From Sulfitobacter sp. (lineage in GTDB: Bacteria; Pseudomonadota; Alphaproteobacteria; Rhodobacterales; Rhodobacteraceae), in NCBI GenBank assembly GCA_045105735.1, contig JBGCDV010000006.1, positions 115,460 to 179,459 on the forward strand: a DNA stretch of 64,000 nt. Direction: 5' to 3'. The notes under the pieces are model-generated. The model did not search any database, was not told where the DNA came from, and saw only the letters and a program-made list of their open reading frames with translations. Position 1 is the stretch's first letter. Each line of letters opens with the position of its first letter. Below are positions 49,469-59,733 of the stretch, one piece after another. The translations under genes were made by a program, and so were the position numbers.

Positions 49469-51097
49469 ATGTCAGCCATTACCCTCTTTCAGGCCCGCAA
49501 GATCATCACCATGGACCCCGGCCTGCCCGAAGCCACCCATGTCGCGGTGAAGGAGGGCCGCATTCTGGCGATAGGTGGCGCGGACTGCGCGGATCAATGG
49601 GGCGAGGTTACGCGGGACGACAGCCTCAAGGACAGCGTCTTGATGCCCGGCTTTGTCGAAGGGCACGCGCATATGATGGCCGGAAAGATGTGGGATTTCG
49701 CCTATGCCGGCTACCACGACCGGATTGACCCGCAAGGCAACCTGCACAAAGGCATGACCACCATCGACGCGGTGATTGAACGGCTCAGCGCATATGTCAA
49801 AACCCTTGGTCCCGATGAGCCGCTGATCGCATGGGGGTTCGACCCAATCTTTCTGCCAACAGAGCGTTTGAACAAGACCCATCTGGATGCCATCGCAGGT
49901 GACCGTGCCGTGGCGGTGCTGTTCTCCAATTTCCACCTGATGTGTGTGAACTCTGTTGCACTGGAACAGGCGCAGTATTCCGCCGCCTCCAACCTCGAAG
50001 GTGTCCTCAAAGGCACGGATGGTCAGCCCACGGGCGAGTTGCAGGAAATGGCCGCGATGTTCCCAGTGATGCGCCGCGTTGGCCTTGATTCCCGCGCGTT
50101 GTCCCAAGGCGAGGACGCGATGCTCAGCTATGCGGAGGTCTGCAAACGCGCGGGCGTGACCACGGTCACCGACCTCTATTCCAGCATGGAACCCGAAGAC
50201 CTTGAAACCATGATTCGCGTCACAAATGACCCGTCATACGCCGTGCGCATTGTCCCTGCCCTTGGCGCCACGGGGGCCAATCCGCAGGCCATCGCAGAGC
50301 GTGCGGTTGAGATGAAAGCGCGCTCTACCGACAAACTGCGGCTGGGGGCGGTCAAGATCATGACCGATGGCTCAATCCAAGGGTGGACCGCGCGGGTGAA
50401 ATGGCCCGGATACGTCGGCGGGCAGCCCAACGGATTGTGGAACACAACGCCAGAGGAGATCTTTGCTATTTGCGAGACGATGCAGCGCGAAGGGGTGCAA
50501 ATGCACATTCACGTCAATGGCGATGAAGCGGCAGAAGTATCCCTGAACGCGCTTGAGGCCGCAAAGCGCAAACACCCATGGCCCGGTGCACGGCATGTCC
50601 TTCAACACTGTCAGATGATGGGCGCGGACATGTACCGCCGCGCGGCTGAGATGGGGACTTGCGTGAACGTCTTTGCCAATCACCTTTGGTATTTCGGGGA
50701 CAAACACGCCGAACTCACATTGGGCGAAGCCCATGCGCAGCGGATGAATGACGCCCGTGCCGCATTGGACGCAGGCGCGATGGTCGCCCTGCACTCTGAC
50801 GCACCCGTCACGCCGCTCGGCCCGCTTTTCACTGCGTGGTGCGCCGTGAACCGTCAGACAATGAGCGGGAAGACCCTCGGACCGGATCGCAAAATCACCG
50901 TCGAAGAAGCGTTGCGCCTGATCACGATGGGCGCTGCTGTGACGCTCAAGATGGACGCGGACATTGGCAGCATCGAGATCGGCAAATACGCCGATTTCGC
51001 CGTGTTGGGCAGTGACCCGCGCGCGGCCGCACCCGAAGCGCTCAAAGACGTTGAGGTGCGCGGCACAGTCTGCGGCGGCGAAGTGGCTCTGGTGTGA
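49469..51097 (+). CDS. amidohydrolase family metallohydrolase (amidohydrolase_3-like)
   Basis: PGFVEGHAHM (HxH metal site), HIHVNGDEA, ALHSDAPV; 542 aa. Confidence 0.85.
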   Translation: MSAITLFQARKIITMDPGLPEATHVAVKEGRILAIGGADCADQWGEVTRDDSLKDSVLMPGFVEGHAHMMAGKMWDFAYAGYHDRIDPQGNLHKGMTTIDAVIERLSAYVKTLGPDEPLIAWGFDPIFLPTERLNKTHLDAIAGDRAVAVLFSNFHLMCVNSVALEQAQYSAASNLEGVLKGTDGQPTGELQEMAAMFPVMRRVGLDSRALSQGEDAMLSYAEVCKRAGVTTVTDLYSSMEPEDLETMIRVTNDPSYAVRIVPALGATGANPQAIAERAVEMKARSTDKLRLGAVKIMTDGSIQGWTARVKWPGYVGGQPNGLWNTTPEEIFAICETMQREGVQMHIHVNGDEAAEVSLNALEAAKRKHPWPGARHVLQHCQMMGADMYRRAAEMGTCVNVFANHLWYFGDKHAELTLGEAHAQRMNDARAALDAGAMVALHSDAPVTPLGPLFTAWCAVNRQTMSGKTLGPDRKITVEEALRLITMGAAVTLKMDADIGSIEIGKYADFAVLGSDPRAAAPEALKDVEVRGTVCGGEVALV

Positions 51098-51960
51098 AAC
51101 GGCTCCCGCTTTCGGTGATCAGCGGGTATCTGGGCGCGGGCAAAACAACGCTGATCAACCGCCTGCTGGCCGAAGACCACGGGTTGAACCTGATGGTGAT
51201 GGTCAATGATTTCGGGGCCATCAATATTGATGAGGCCCTGATTTCCCGGCAGGATAAGGATGTGATCGCACTGACCAATGGATGTGTCTGCTGCACCATG
51301 GGCGCGGACCTCTATATCGCGTTGGGCGATGCCCTTGACCGCCGCCCCCGCCCCGATCACCTGATCATTGAGGCCAGCGGCATTGCCGACCCGATGGCCA
51401 TCGCAGGGGCCGCGATCGCAGAGCCTGAGATGAGCTATGCTGGGATCGTGACGCTGGTGGATGGACAGAACATCACCACTTTGCTGGCGGACGAAATGAT
51501 AGCCCCGCAGGTCCTGCAACAGATCAAGGCGGCGGATATGACAGTGTTGACCAAGGTAAATGCACCCTCAGATGCGCTTGTCGCCGCATTTGAGGCGCAG
51601 GGTGTGGCCTTGCCTGAACATCTGGCCGATGGCTCTATCGCCGATCTGCTGCTGAACGTTTTGCCCAAACCCCGCGCTGGCACAGCAAAGGGACATGCGG
51701 TCTACGCGTCATGGCAGCATCAACGCGATGATACCCTATCACGCGCGGCCCTCGACCAAAAGCTCGCCGCCCGTCCTGCGCACCTTTTCCGCCTCAAAGG
51801 GTTTGTGCGCACAGACGGCGGTCCTGTCGAAGTGCATGTCGTCGGCAAGAACGTCGATGTCATCCCGGCGGAGGGAGAACAGACCACAACGCTGGTCGGC
51901 CTTGGCCTTGCCGCGCGGATCACATCAGAAGAGATCGAAAACTGGTGGCGCGAAGGTTAA
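51094..51960 (+). CDS. COG0523 (CobW/ZigA-type) metallochaperone GTPase
   Basis: P-loop ISGYLGAGKTTLIN and metal motif NGCVCCT. The GTG start overlaps the amidohydrolase stop (GTGA). No His-rich stretch is seen. Confidence 0.85.
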   Translation: MKRLPLSVISGYLGAGKTTLINRLLAEDHGLNLMVMVNDFGAINIDEALISRQDKDVIALTNGCVCCTMGADLYIALGDALDRRPRPDHLIIEASGIADPMAIAGAAIAEPEMSYAGIVTLVDGQNITTLLADEMIAPQVLQQIKAADMTVLTKVNAPSDALVAAFEAQGVALPEHLADGSIADLLLNVLPKPRAGTAKGHAVYASWQHQRDDTLSRAALDQKLAARPAHLFRLKGFVRTDGGPVEVHVVGKNVDVIPAEGEQTTTLVGLGLAARITSEEIENWWREG

Positions 51961-52934
51961 GCGTCTTTCAGCCAAACCTCACTCATCTCCCACAACTTTT
52001 CCGCCTCTGCATCGTCGCAGGCATAGGCGTTGACGCCTTTGAACCGGGCCATCGGGCTTTCCGGATCGGTCGCTGCCGCAACATCCGCATCTTCGCAGTA
52101 GACCCCCGGCTTGCCCGCCAGCATCGCAGAGGTCGCAGCCCACAGCGTTGTCGAACACCCCTGCTCCGGCGTCTTGAAGCCCGCCTTGGCCAATTCTGAT
52201 GGCTCCCCATCTTCGCCCAGCCAGCCCAGCGCGATCATCTCTTCCTTGAGCAAATGCCGTTGCAAAGGCGTAAAAATGCCACCCGGATGGACCGAAAACG
52301 CATGCCCGCCAGCCCCTTTCATCCGACGCGACAGCGCATTGGCAAAGAGTGCATTTGCCGTCTTTGCCTGTCCATAGGCCTGCCACTTGTCATACTCAGC
52401 CGTCTCAAAATGCACGTCATCCCATTTGATGCCCGAAATTTTGTGCCCCGTTGAAGACAGCGCGACACAACGCGCATCGCCTGCCTTTTCCAACAGAGGC
52501 ATCAGCGTTTGGGTCAACGCAAAATGCCCCATGTGGCACACTCCAAACTGCGCCTCCCAGCCCGGACCAACGCGCGCCAGAGGGCAGGCCATGATGCCAG
52601 CATTGTTGATCAACACATCAAGCTGCGTCAGCGCCTCCTGCATCTGCGTTGCAAAGCGATGGACCGACCCCAGATCAGCCAAATCCATCGCCGCGGTCTC
52701 AATGTCGCCCGCAACGTCGGCCAGATTTTCGCGGGCTTTGGCCTCAGACCGCACGGGCACAATCACCTTGGCCCCTTTGTCGGCAAGTGCCCGTACAGTC
52801 TCAAGCCCGAGCCCGCTGTAGCCCCCCGTGACAATCGCGGTCCTGCCGCTCATGTCGATGCCTTCCATCACCTCGCCCGCAGTGCTTTTGGCGTGAAAGC
52901 CGGAATTGAGCGGGGTCTGATCGGAGAGAGCCAT
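51957..52934 (-). CDS. SDR family oxidoreductase (retinol-dehydrogenase-like)
   Basis: TAIVTGGYSGLGLET, NNAGIM, YGQAKTA. Confidence 0.85.
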   Translation of the reverse strand: MALSDQTPLNSGFHAKSTAGEVMEGIDMSGRTAIVTGGYSGLGLETVRALADKGAKVIVPVRSEAKARENLADVAGDIETAAMDLADLGSVHRFATQMQEALTQLDVLINNAGIMACPLARVGPGWEAQFGVCHMGHFALTQTLMPLLEKAGDARCVALSSTGHKISGIKWDDVHFETAEYDKWQAYGQAKTANALFANALSRRMKGAGGHAFSVHPGGIFTPLQRHLLKEEMIALGWLGEDGEPSELAKAGFKTPEQGCSTTLWAATSAMLAGKPGVYCEDADVAAATDPESPMARFKGVNAYACDDAEAEKLWEMSEVWLKDA

Positions 52935-52995
52935 GGGGTGTCCTTTCGGGCTGAGGGCTACCCGACACTACCCGTAGGAAGCCCATAGATGCAAT

Positions 52996-53550
52996 TCAGG
53001 GGGCGACCCAGGTGCCGCGCCATCCGTCCGCCCGGACAAAAACCGCCCGGCGGTGGCGGGTATCCAGATGGACAAGGTCAATGTGCTCAATCCGGCAACG
53101 CAGCACGGCAAACCGCGCCCGCTCTGCCGGCTTTTCGTAGGCATAGACGTGATCAATCGGCGTGCCGGGATCGGGTGCCGTGCCATAAGACACACGTGAT
53201 GCCGCGGGAACCTGCGCCCACTGCGCCTCAACCTCAGGACCGTGGAGGATATCAACCGTGGTCTGCAGCCGGATTTGCAGATCCGCGCGAGGCAACCATA
53301 CATGCAATGAGGCCAGCGGATGCGTACGCAGCGCCGTGACCTTGTCCGCCACAACGTCGGTATGCACCTCCACCGTAGCTGCCGAACGTTCCGCGCCACG
53401 CAACGCCACGGTGCGGACCTGCGGCATCCCTTCTGGTCCGGTGGTCGCAAATGTCGGGTAGCGCGCGGGCGATTTTGCATCCGCCACACCGCGCCGCAGA
53501 TGTCGCCATGCGGTGTCCAGAAACGCGGCAAGGTCGTTTGGGTCACTCAT
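52996..53550 (-). CDS. pyridoxamine 5'-phosphate oxidase-like FMN-binding protein
   Basis: PTFATTGPEGMPQVRTVALR...LHVWLPRADLQIRL is a split-barrel pattern. The start overlaps the upstream gene's stop by 8 nt. Confidence 0.7.
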   Translation of the reverse strand: MSDPNDLAAFLDTAWRHLRRGVADAKSPARYPTFATTGPEGMPQVRTVALRGAERSAATVEVHTDVVADKVTALRTHPLASLHVWLPRADLQIRLQTTVDILHGPEVEAQWAQVPAASRVSYGTAPDPGTPIDHVYAYEKPAERARFAVLRCRIEHIDLVHLDTRHRRAVFVRADGWRGTWVAP

Positions 53551-54589
53551 AGCCCGTCATCTCCAAATACCCTTTTCCCTGATGGCTGCCGGTCACCTTT
53601 ACCGGGCCTTCCCAATAGGTAATTGTCAAATCCATCCAAGCGCTTGGGTTCATTGCTTCAACCGTTACATCAACACCGCGCTGCGGCAGTGTAACCTGCC
53701 AGCGGGTCGGCACCTGCCGTCCGGCGACCTCCGTCTGCGCCAGCGATGTGGCCGCAAATGCGCCATCTCCATACGGCTTCGTGCTGCCGTCCGGGTCGAT
53801 CCATGTGGACGAACTATATGTGCTGCCATCGGTCTGACGCAGCAGGAAACCCATCATCTTGGACCCGTCATCAAAGGAGAGGGAGAACCAATCCCATCCC
53901 GTCTGCGTCTCTGACAAAGGTTGCGAGGACCACTCTCTGTCAAGCCATGCAGAGCCGCTGACCGGCACATCCCCCGACGGCAGACGCAACGTCCCGCTGA
54001 TCTCAAAAAAGGGCTGTGAATAGTAATAGCTCGCCTGCCCTTCTGCGGATTTCACCGAATATCCGCGCGCGCCCTGAAATACCAAAGGCCCTTGCGCCAA
54101 AAGCTCCATGTCATAGGCAAATTCAGGCCCGTTTGCGCGCAGCGTCATCTTGTCAAAGGCTTCCCCCTCCAACGCCCATTCATCAATCCATGCGCGAAAC
54201 GGATCTGCTGTCACCCCCGCCTGCCCGATGCCGCCGCGCGCAAAGCGCTCCGTCGCCATGTGCCGCTCGGGTGTTGTGACCGCCGCATGTGCAAACCAGA
54301 TCTGAGGGGAGCGCCACCCCTCCCCCTCACCCGGTGCCAAAGCGGAGCGGAAAAGTGTCCATTGAAGGCCGTAATCCGTGCCATCCGGCCCCTTGAGATT
54401 GGCCGTCAGATACCACCATTCGATCCTGTAGTCGGGATGCGCCCCGTGATCGGCCGGGAAATCAAACGCCGGATCAGGCTGCGGCGTGGCAAATCCATCG
54501 GCCGTTGTGCCAAGGCCAGAGAACCCCTGCGCCGCAACGCTCAAGGGCCAAAGGCACAGGAAGATCAAGAGCCTAGCGTTCATTTGCAA
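53543..54589 (-). CDS. AttH / CrtC-like lipocalin-fold periplasmic protein
   Basis: Signal peptide, then FDFPADHGAHPDYRIEWWYLTANLKG...GLQWTLFR, the hallmark of the AttH / hydroxyneurosporene-synthase-like family. Confidence 0.75.
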   Translation of the reverse strand: MQMNARLLIFLCLWPLSVAAQGFSGLGTTADGFATPQPDPAFDFPADHGAHPDYRIEWWYLTANLKGPDGTDYGLQWTLFRSALAPGEGEGWRSPQIWFAHAAVTTPERHMATERFARGGIGQAGVTADPFRAWIDEWALEGEAFDKMTLRANGPEFAYDMELLAQGPLVFQGARGYSVKSAEGQASYYYSQPFFEISGTLRLPSGDVPVSGSAWLDREWSSQPLSETQTGWDWFSLSFDDGSKMMGFLLRQTDGSTYSSSTWIDPDGSTKPYGDGAFAATSLAQTEVAGRQVPTRWQVTLPQRGVDVTVEAMNPSAWMDLTITYWEGPVKVTGSHQGKGYLEMTGYE

Positions 54590-56951
54590 ACACCTTGAGC
54601 AAAGCCGACGGCGGCGTGCGGCCCAACCGCCAAGCAGGCCAGAGAGCGGCCAGCAAAGCGGCGATCAACGCATAGGCCCCAAGCCGCACATATTCCAATG
54701 GAAACAGGAACATCGGCAATTGCCAGCCAAACGCTTCAACATTCACGATACTCAGCAAAACCCATGCCAATGCCAGCCCCAAGGGCAACGCGCACACAAA
54801 CACAAATGCCGCCAGCACCACCGCGCGCATCAACTCAAGCTGGCTCAACTTGCGCCGGGTCAGGCCCAGCGCCCAGACGGGGGCCAGCTGCGGCACCCGC
54901 AAATCGGCAAGCGTCAGCAGGCTCATCAAGATGGCAAAACCCGCCACCAGAAGCGTGAGCACATTGAGCGCAGCCGTGACCGTGAAGGTTCGCTCAAACA
55001 CATCAAGCGAAATTCGTTTTATCGCCGCTTGATTGATCATTGCACTTTGCGGCAGCCCCACAGCTTGCGTGATGGCCGCGCGCAAGGTGGGCGCGTCATC
55101 GGTGCGCACCCCAAACTGGCGCGGATAAATGTCGGGATGCAGCGTCGCAAACAGTGTCTCTGACAGGATCACCTGTCCTTTGGGGTTGCCGTAGTCGCCG
55201 ACCACCCCGGAAATAGGCAGCGTCAGATCCGGGGCCACCTCAAGCCTGTCCCCGACCCACAGGCCCGCGCGCCGGGCAAGTTGTTCGTTGACCACCACGC
55301 CTTGTCCGTCCCGCACGCGGTCCCACGCCTGTGGTGCCTCTTCCAACAGCGCCCAATCATTGCGGTAAGTCGGACCGACACGGATGCCCATCAGCCGCAC
55401 AGGCTGGCCTGCGATCTGCGTCTGCACAGACCGCAGCGGCAGAACCTCATCCACATTTGCATCCAGATAGGCTGCAAGTGCGGCACTTTCCGCCGCATCC
55501 TCCACCTGCATATAAAGCTCAGGGGCCAACCGCTGATCCAAAAAACCGACAAATGTCAGTCGAAAGCTGGAAACCATCGTAGACACGCCAATGTTCGCCG
55601 AAATCGCCAGCAAAAGCGCCATGAGCGCGAGGCTGAGACCTGAAAGTTGCTGACGTGTATCGGCCCAGAACCACGACCAGAGCGGGGCCTGCGCGCGGCG
55701 TTGCAACAGGCCAAGCACGCCAGCCACCGCAACCGGCAAGAGCAGCGCAGCCCCGATCAGCAAACACCCCAGCAGCGCAAAGCCTGCGGCTAGCCCCTGC
55801 CCGGCCAAGGCAAGCGCCGCAGCCGACAGCAGCAATGCCAGTGCACAATATAGCTGAAACCGTAACTTGCCGCTGGACATCATCGCCCAAGCGCGCGGAC
55901 GGACGCTGGCCAGCAGTGGCATGTGTGCGATGGACCACAGGCGGCTGCTCAAGGCTGCCGCCGTGCCCAGCAGGGCGATGCCGAGGCCTGACGCCCACCA
56001 GGCGGCACGCACCTGCAACGTGCCCGCGATCTGTGCGCCGTAAAGACCTTCAATCGTGGCGGCAACATCAGGCAGCAGCAGGGCCGCAATCAGGTATCCC
56101 AGCACGATGCCCAGCCCCGCGCCAACAGCCGCCAGCACCAACATCTCTGCGGTGATCAGGACGATGAGCTGGCGCAGCGGCACGCCGAGCGCCCGCAAGG
56201 TGCGGATCATGCCGCGCCTTTGCTCAAAAGCCAGACCGATGGTGCTGTGCACAATGAACAGACCAACGGCAAAGCTCAGCAATCCAAAGGCGGTGAGGTT
56301 CAAGTGAAAACTGTCCGTAAGCTGGGCGAGATCTGCGGTTTGCTGCGCCGGTTGCAGCCGCAGGTCGGGTGCCACCGCGGTCAACTCTGGCTGAATGCCC
56401 GGTTGCTCCGGCAGGACCACAAGCCGCGACAGGTCATCCCGCCCAAGGACACGCTGCACGACGCCCACGTCCCCCAAGGCCACCCCCGGTGCGATGGTCG
56501 GGCTGAGGATGATCTGTGCGTCCACCGCCATGGCCGCCGCTGTTTCCTCATTCGCAAAAAGCTGCGCCGGACCCGAAAGGTCCAGCACCGGCAACCTATC
56601 CCCCTGCGGCAGCACATCAAATCCGTTGGGAGAGGTCACAGGGTCAATGCCAATCAACCGCACCTCGCCCACGCGCCCTTCGACAACGGGAGAAACCAGC
56701 CAGCCTGCGCGGCGTAGTGCAATATAGGTGCCTTGCGGAATGCTGGCACCTTGGCGCGGCACCAACTGATCATACTGCCCTTCCCCCAATGTCGCCGCCG
56801 CCGCATCATAGCTCGCACGCGCCTCTGCGTTGATCGCCTGCACCCCCGACCACAGGGCCGTGGCCAAGGCCAAGCCTGCAAGATAGGCAAAAAGCTGTAC
56901 CGGGTTGCGCCGCCAATGTGAAAAGAGCGCCGTCAGGCATGTCGCGATCAT
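54573..56951 (-). CDS. ABC transporter permease with two FtsX domains
   Basis: 792 aa. Two 4-TM FtsX-type modules are separated by a large periplasmic region. Overlaps with both neighbours. Confidence 0.85.
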   Translation of the reverse strand: MIATCLTALFSHWRRNPVQLFAYLAGLALATALWSGVQAINAEARASYDAAAATLGEGQYDQLVPRQGASIPQGTYIALRRAGWLVSPVVEGRVGEVRLIGIDPVTSPNGFDVLPQGDRLPVLDLSGPAQLFANEETAAAMAVDAQIILSPTIAPGVALGDVGVVQRVLGRDDLSRLVVLPEQPGIQPELTAVAPDLRLQPAQQTADLAQLTDSFHLNLTAFGLLSFAVGLFIVHSTIGLAFEQRRGMIRTLRALGVPLRQLIVLITAEMLVLAAVGAGLGIVLGYLIAALLLPDVAATIEGLYGAQIAGTLQVRAAWWASGLGIALLGTAAALSSRLWSIAHMPLLASVRPRAWAMMSSGKLRFQLYCALALLLSAAALALAGQGLAAGFALLGCLLIGAALLLPVAVAGVLGLLQRRAQAPLWSWFWADTRQQLSGLSLALMALLLAISANIGVSTMVSSFRLTFVGFLDQRLAPELYMQVEDAAESAALAAYLDANVDEVLPLRSVQTQIAGQPVRLMGIRVGPTYRNDWALLEEAPQAWDRVRDGQGVVVNEQLARRAGLWVGDRLEVAPDLTLPISGVVGDYGNPKGQVILSETLFATLHPDIYPRQFGVRTDDAPTLRAAITQAVGLPQSAMINQAAIKRISLDVFERTFTVTAALNVLTLLVAGFAILMSLLTLADLRVPQLAPVWALGLTRRKLSQLELMRAVVLAAFVFVCALPLGLALAWVLLSIVNVEAFGWQLPMFLFPLEYVRLGAYALIAALLAALWPAWRLGRTPPSALLKVFANER

Positions 56952-57604
56952 GCGATCTGTCCGCCGCGCAGGTGCATCTGACGGTCCATGCGTGCGGCCA
57001 CCTGCGGCGAATGGGTCACCACCATCAAGGCCGCTCCTGTCTCAGCCACCAATGCCATCATCTGATCCAGCACCTGCGCCCCTGTCTTTTCATCCAGATT
57101 GCCTGTCGGCTCATCCGCCAGCAACAGCTTGGGCCGTGCCGCAAGCGCGCGGGCAATCGCGACCCGCTGTTGTTGCCCCCCCGACAGGTTTTCGGGGTAT
57201 TTGCCTACCTGCTCCTGCAAACCAAGTGCATCGGTGAGGCGCTGGATATGCGCCGCGTCGTCCTTGCCCGCCAGCCGCGCCTGAAAGGCGATGTTGGCGG
57301 CGACAGTCAGGGAGGGGATCAGGTTAAACTGCTGAAACACCAACGCAATCTCGGTCCGTCTCAGGGCCGCGCGCCCAGCGTCGTCAAGCTGCGTCAGGTC
57401 TGTGCCAGCCAAGGACACGCTGCCCCTGTCCGGTGCCTCCAACCCGGCGGCTATGTGCAAAAGCGTGCTCTTGCCGCTGCCGGATTCGCCCGTCAGCGCA
57501 AGCGTCTCGCCTGCGTTCAACCGAAACGACACGCCGCGCAGAACCGGCACAGGGCCATCCGCATCGGCAAATGATTTTTCCACGGCAGTAACGTCAAGCA
57601 GCAC
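56948..57604 (-). CDS. ABC transporter ATP-binding protein (LolD/MacB-type)
   Basis: Walker [10 protein letters not shown], signature LSGGQQQR, Walker B LLLADEPT. Confidence 0.93.
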   Translation of the reverse strand: MLLDVTAVEKSFADADGPVPVLRGVSFRLNAGETLALTGESGSGKSTLLHIAAGLEAPDRGSVSLAGTDLTQLDDAGRAALRRTEIALVFQQFNLIPSLTVAANIAFQARLAGKDDAAHIQRLTDALGLQEQVGKYPENLSGGQQQRVAIARALAARPKLLLADEPTGNLDEKTGAQVLDQMMALVAETGAALMVVTHSPQVAARMDRQMHLRGGQIA

Positions 57605-57711
57605 GGTGCCCTCCCTTGTCTGACCAAGCTATGCCGGTGCGCGGGCTTTGACAGGGGGAAATGGTGATCCGTCACAGGTTTTTTGCCGCAGGTTCCAGAG
57701 AACGGGCCACG

Positions 57712-57749
57712 AACACAAAAACGCCCGGTCGGGAGAACCTACCGGGCGT
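57712..57749 (-). terminator. intrinsic terminator ending the envelope operon
   Basis: On the minus strand: ACGCCCGGT-aggttctcccg-ACCGGGCGT followed by TTTTTGTGTT, about 30 nt after the stop at 57781. Confidence 0.65.
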
Positions 57750-57780
57750 GGGGATCGGAAAAGGGGTCGTCCCCGTCACA

Positions 57781-58737
57781 TCAGCCTTGCGGCCTGAACC
57801 CGGACCACTCTTTGAGGATCTGTGCGGACAGCCACAGCGCGGCAAAGAACACCGCAACGCCACCGATGAAATCAAGGATATGATGCGCACCGTGGATATG
57901 GATTGCCGGGATCATCGCGATGTTGATCACCACGGCGGGCCAGAACGCCACTGTGCCAATCAAGAACCAGACAACGAGGCACGCCATGACAGTGTGATAC
58001 GATGGGAAGGCGACAACCCCGAGCATGCCACCGTTTGAAATCACCGGAATGCCGTTCAATGCTGCATCCTTGAGCAACTCACCGTAGGCCGTGTTGGTTA
58101 CGAGGCGGATTGCATTTTCAGCCTCAGACGGGATCGGGTAGTGGATGCCCATGCTGAAGTTCGGGAAAAGCTGCCAGACGACGAATGTAAGGATCAGACC
58201 GATCATGCCGGTGAGCAGCAACAGGTCCAGCCGCTGCGTCCGGCCCGTTGCGGCCAGCACCACGATCACGCCGATCAGCTGCGCAAAAGAGCTGTCGTAG
58301 ATATAGCTGAGCGTTTTGCCGAGCCATGCATATTCGGTGGCAAGCCACACAACCGCATCAGGCCAATGGTAGCCAAAGAAGTGATCAAACCGCAGCAGGA
58401 ATTCATCCAGAACAGGTTCAGGGCGTGGCATGAAAATGTGAAAGACGATGCCCATCGACACACCAAAAAGCGCATAGCCCGCAAGTGCGATGGTCAGCGC
58501 GGAAAACCGCGCCGCTTCTTTGAATATGCGGATGTATATGCCGATGGCCAACAGACCAAGGGCGGAACCATAGACCGGAAGAAAGCTTTCCCAGTCAATC
58601 GCCTGATTGCGCCATGCCGACAGCACGACGATCGCCACAAATGTAATCAGCCCCAACCCGAGGTATTTGACCTCACCGCTGCGCAGCGGTGCTGCGGCGG
58701 TTGTCGTCGACTGGCCTGTGATATTGATATCAACCAT
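57781..58737 (-). CDS. polytopic membrane protein, PAP2-superfamily-like (sphingomyelin/IPC-synthase-type C2/C3 motifs)
   Basis: Multiple TM helices. The C-terminal motifs FPSYHT and GAHHILDFIGG resemble the SGH and HxxxD motifs of PAP2_C head-group transferases. I did not see a KxxxxxxRP (C1) motif. Confidence 0.6.
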   Translation of the reverse strand: MVDINITGQSTTTAAAPLRSGEVKYLGLGLITFVAIVVLSAWRNQAIDWESFLPVYGSALGLLAIGIYIRIFKEAARFSALTIALAGYALFGVSMGIVFHIFMPRPEPVLDEFLLRFDHFFGYHWPDAVVWLATEYAWLGKTLSYIYDSSFAQLIGVIVVLAATGRTQRLDLLLLTGMIGLILTFVVWQLFPNFSMGIHYPIPSEAENAIRLVTNTAYGELLKDAALNGIPVISNGGMLGVVAFPSYHTVMACLVVWFLIGTVAFWPAVVINIAMIPAIHIHGAHHILDFIGGVAVFFAALWLSAQILKEWSGFRPQG

Positions 58738-58778
58738 GGTGTGCCCCTGCTATTCTGCCTCGCGCCCGGAATGGCCGA

Positions 58779-59732
58779 TCAATTCGGCGCCAATACGGCA
58801 GGTTTGGGTCCATTGTTTGCATCTGGGGTGGTTGCGGTTTTGCGCATCCACCAGCCAAGGCCAAAGGTGGTCACATCCCCCAGTACAGAAACCGCGCGGT
58901 GCAGCAGTGCCACGGCAAGGCCCGTGCCCTCCCCCATGCTGAGCGCGAGGCCCAGCACAATGATGCTGTCACGCACGCCAATACCCCCCGGTGCGCCCGG
59001 CATGACAAACCCCGCCGCCCATGCAAACGCAAAGATCATCGTACAGGTGATCAACCCCGGCGCGCTTGCCGCGTCCACCGCCCAGGCCGCCCCCCAGAGG
59101 GAAACGCCAAGGATCGCAAAGCTCGCCAGATGCAGGCCGAGCGGTTGGGTCAGACGGCGCAGCGCGGGGCGCGGGCTGTCGAGCGCGCGCAGACGGGCGC
59201 GGATCAGGACCGTGCCCACTCCGATCGCAAGGATCAGCAGCGTTGCGATGGCGACAGGCACCGATCGCGTGGCCAGATCAGGCAGGTCAGCGGTCAAAGT
59301 GCCGATAAAATCAGGCCAGATCAGCATCAACAGGCCTGCAACACCCAAACCCACCGCCAGCGTGACGCCAACCTCGATCAGCATGGCAGCGCCCAAAACG
59401 GGGACCGCAACGCCGTCACGCCGCCCAATGGCCACCCGGCCAATGAGATGTGCCACATTGCCGGGGATGTATTTGCCGATCTGGCTGACCATTGGTTGCC
59501 CTCGGGCCAACCCCGCAGGCAGCGCCACGCCAAAAAGCGTCAGGATATTGCGCCATGCCTCAGACGCGGCAAGTTGCGACAGCACGTACATTACCCACGC
59601 CAGCGCAAGCCCAGCCCACAGAGTTGGAGACCCAAGCGCCAGCGGCGGCAGATGCGGCAATTGCCGCCAGATCAGCGCGCCCAGAAATCCAAGCGCGAGA
59701 ACCGTCCCGAGGATGCGAACCGCGCGTCCCAT
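58779..59732 (-). CDS. lysylphosphatidylglycerol-synthase-TM-region-like (UPF0104, flippase-like) membrane protein
   Basis: Eight or so TM helices and a GKYIPGNVAHLIGR motif typical of this family. There is no C-terminal aminoacyl-transferase domain. Confidence 0.65.
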   Translation of the reverse strand: MGRAVRILGTVLALGFLGALIWRQLPHLPPLALGSPTLWAGLALAWVMYVLSQLAASEAWRNILTLFGVALPAGLARGQPMVSQIGKYIPGNVAHLIGRVAIGRRDGVAVPVLGAAMLIEVGVTLAVGLGVAGLLMLIWPDFIGTLTADLPDLATRSVPVAIATLLILAIGVGTVLIRARLRALDSPRPALRRLTQPLGLHLASFAILGVSLWGAAWAVDAASAPGLITCTMIFAFAWAAGFVMPGAPGGIGVRDSIIVLGLALSMGEGTGLAVALLHRAVSVLGDVTTFGLGWWMRKTATTPDANNGPKPAVLAPN

Positions 59733-59733
59733 G

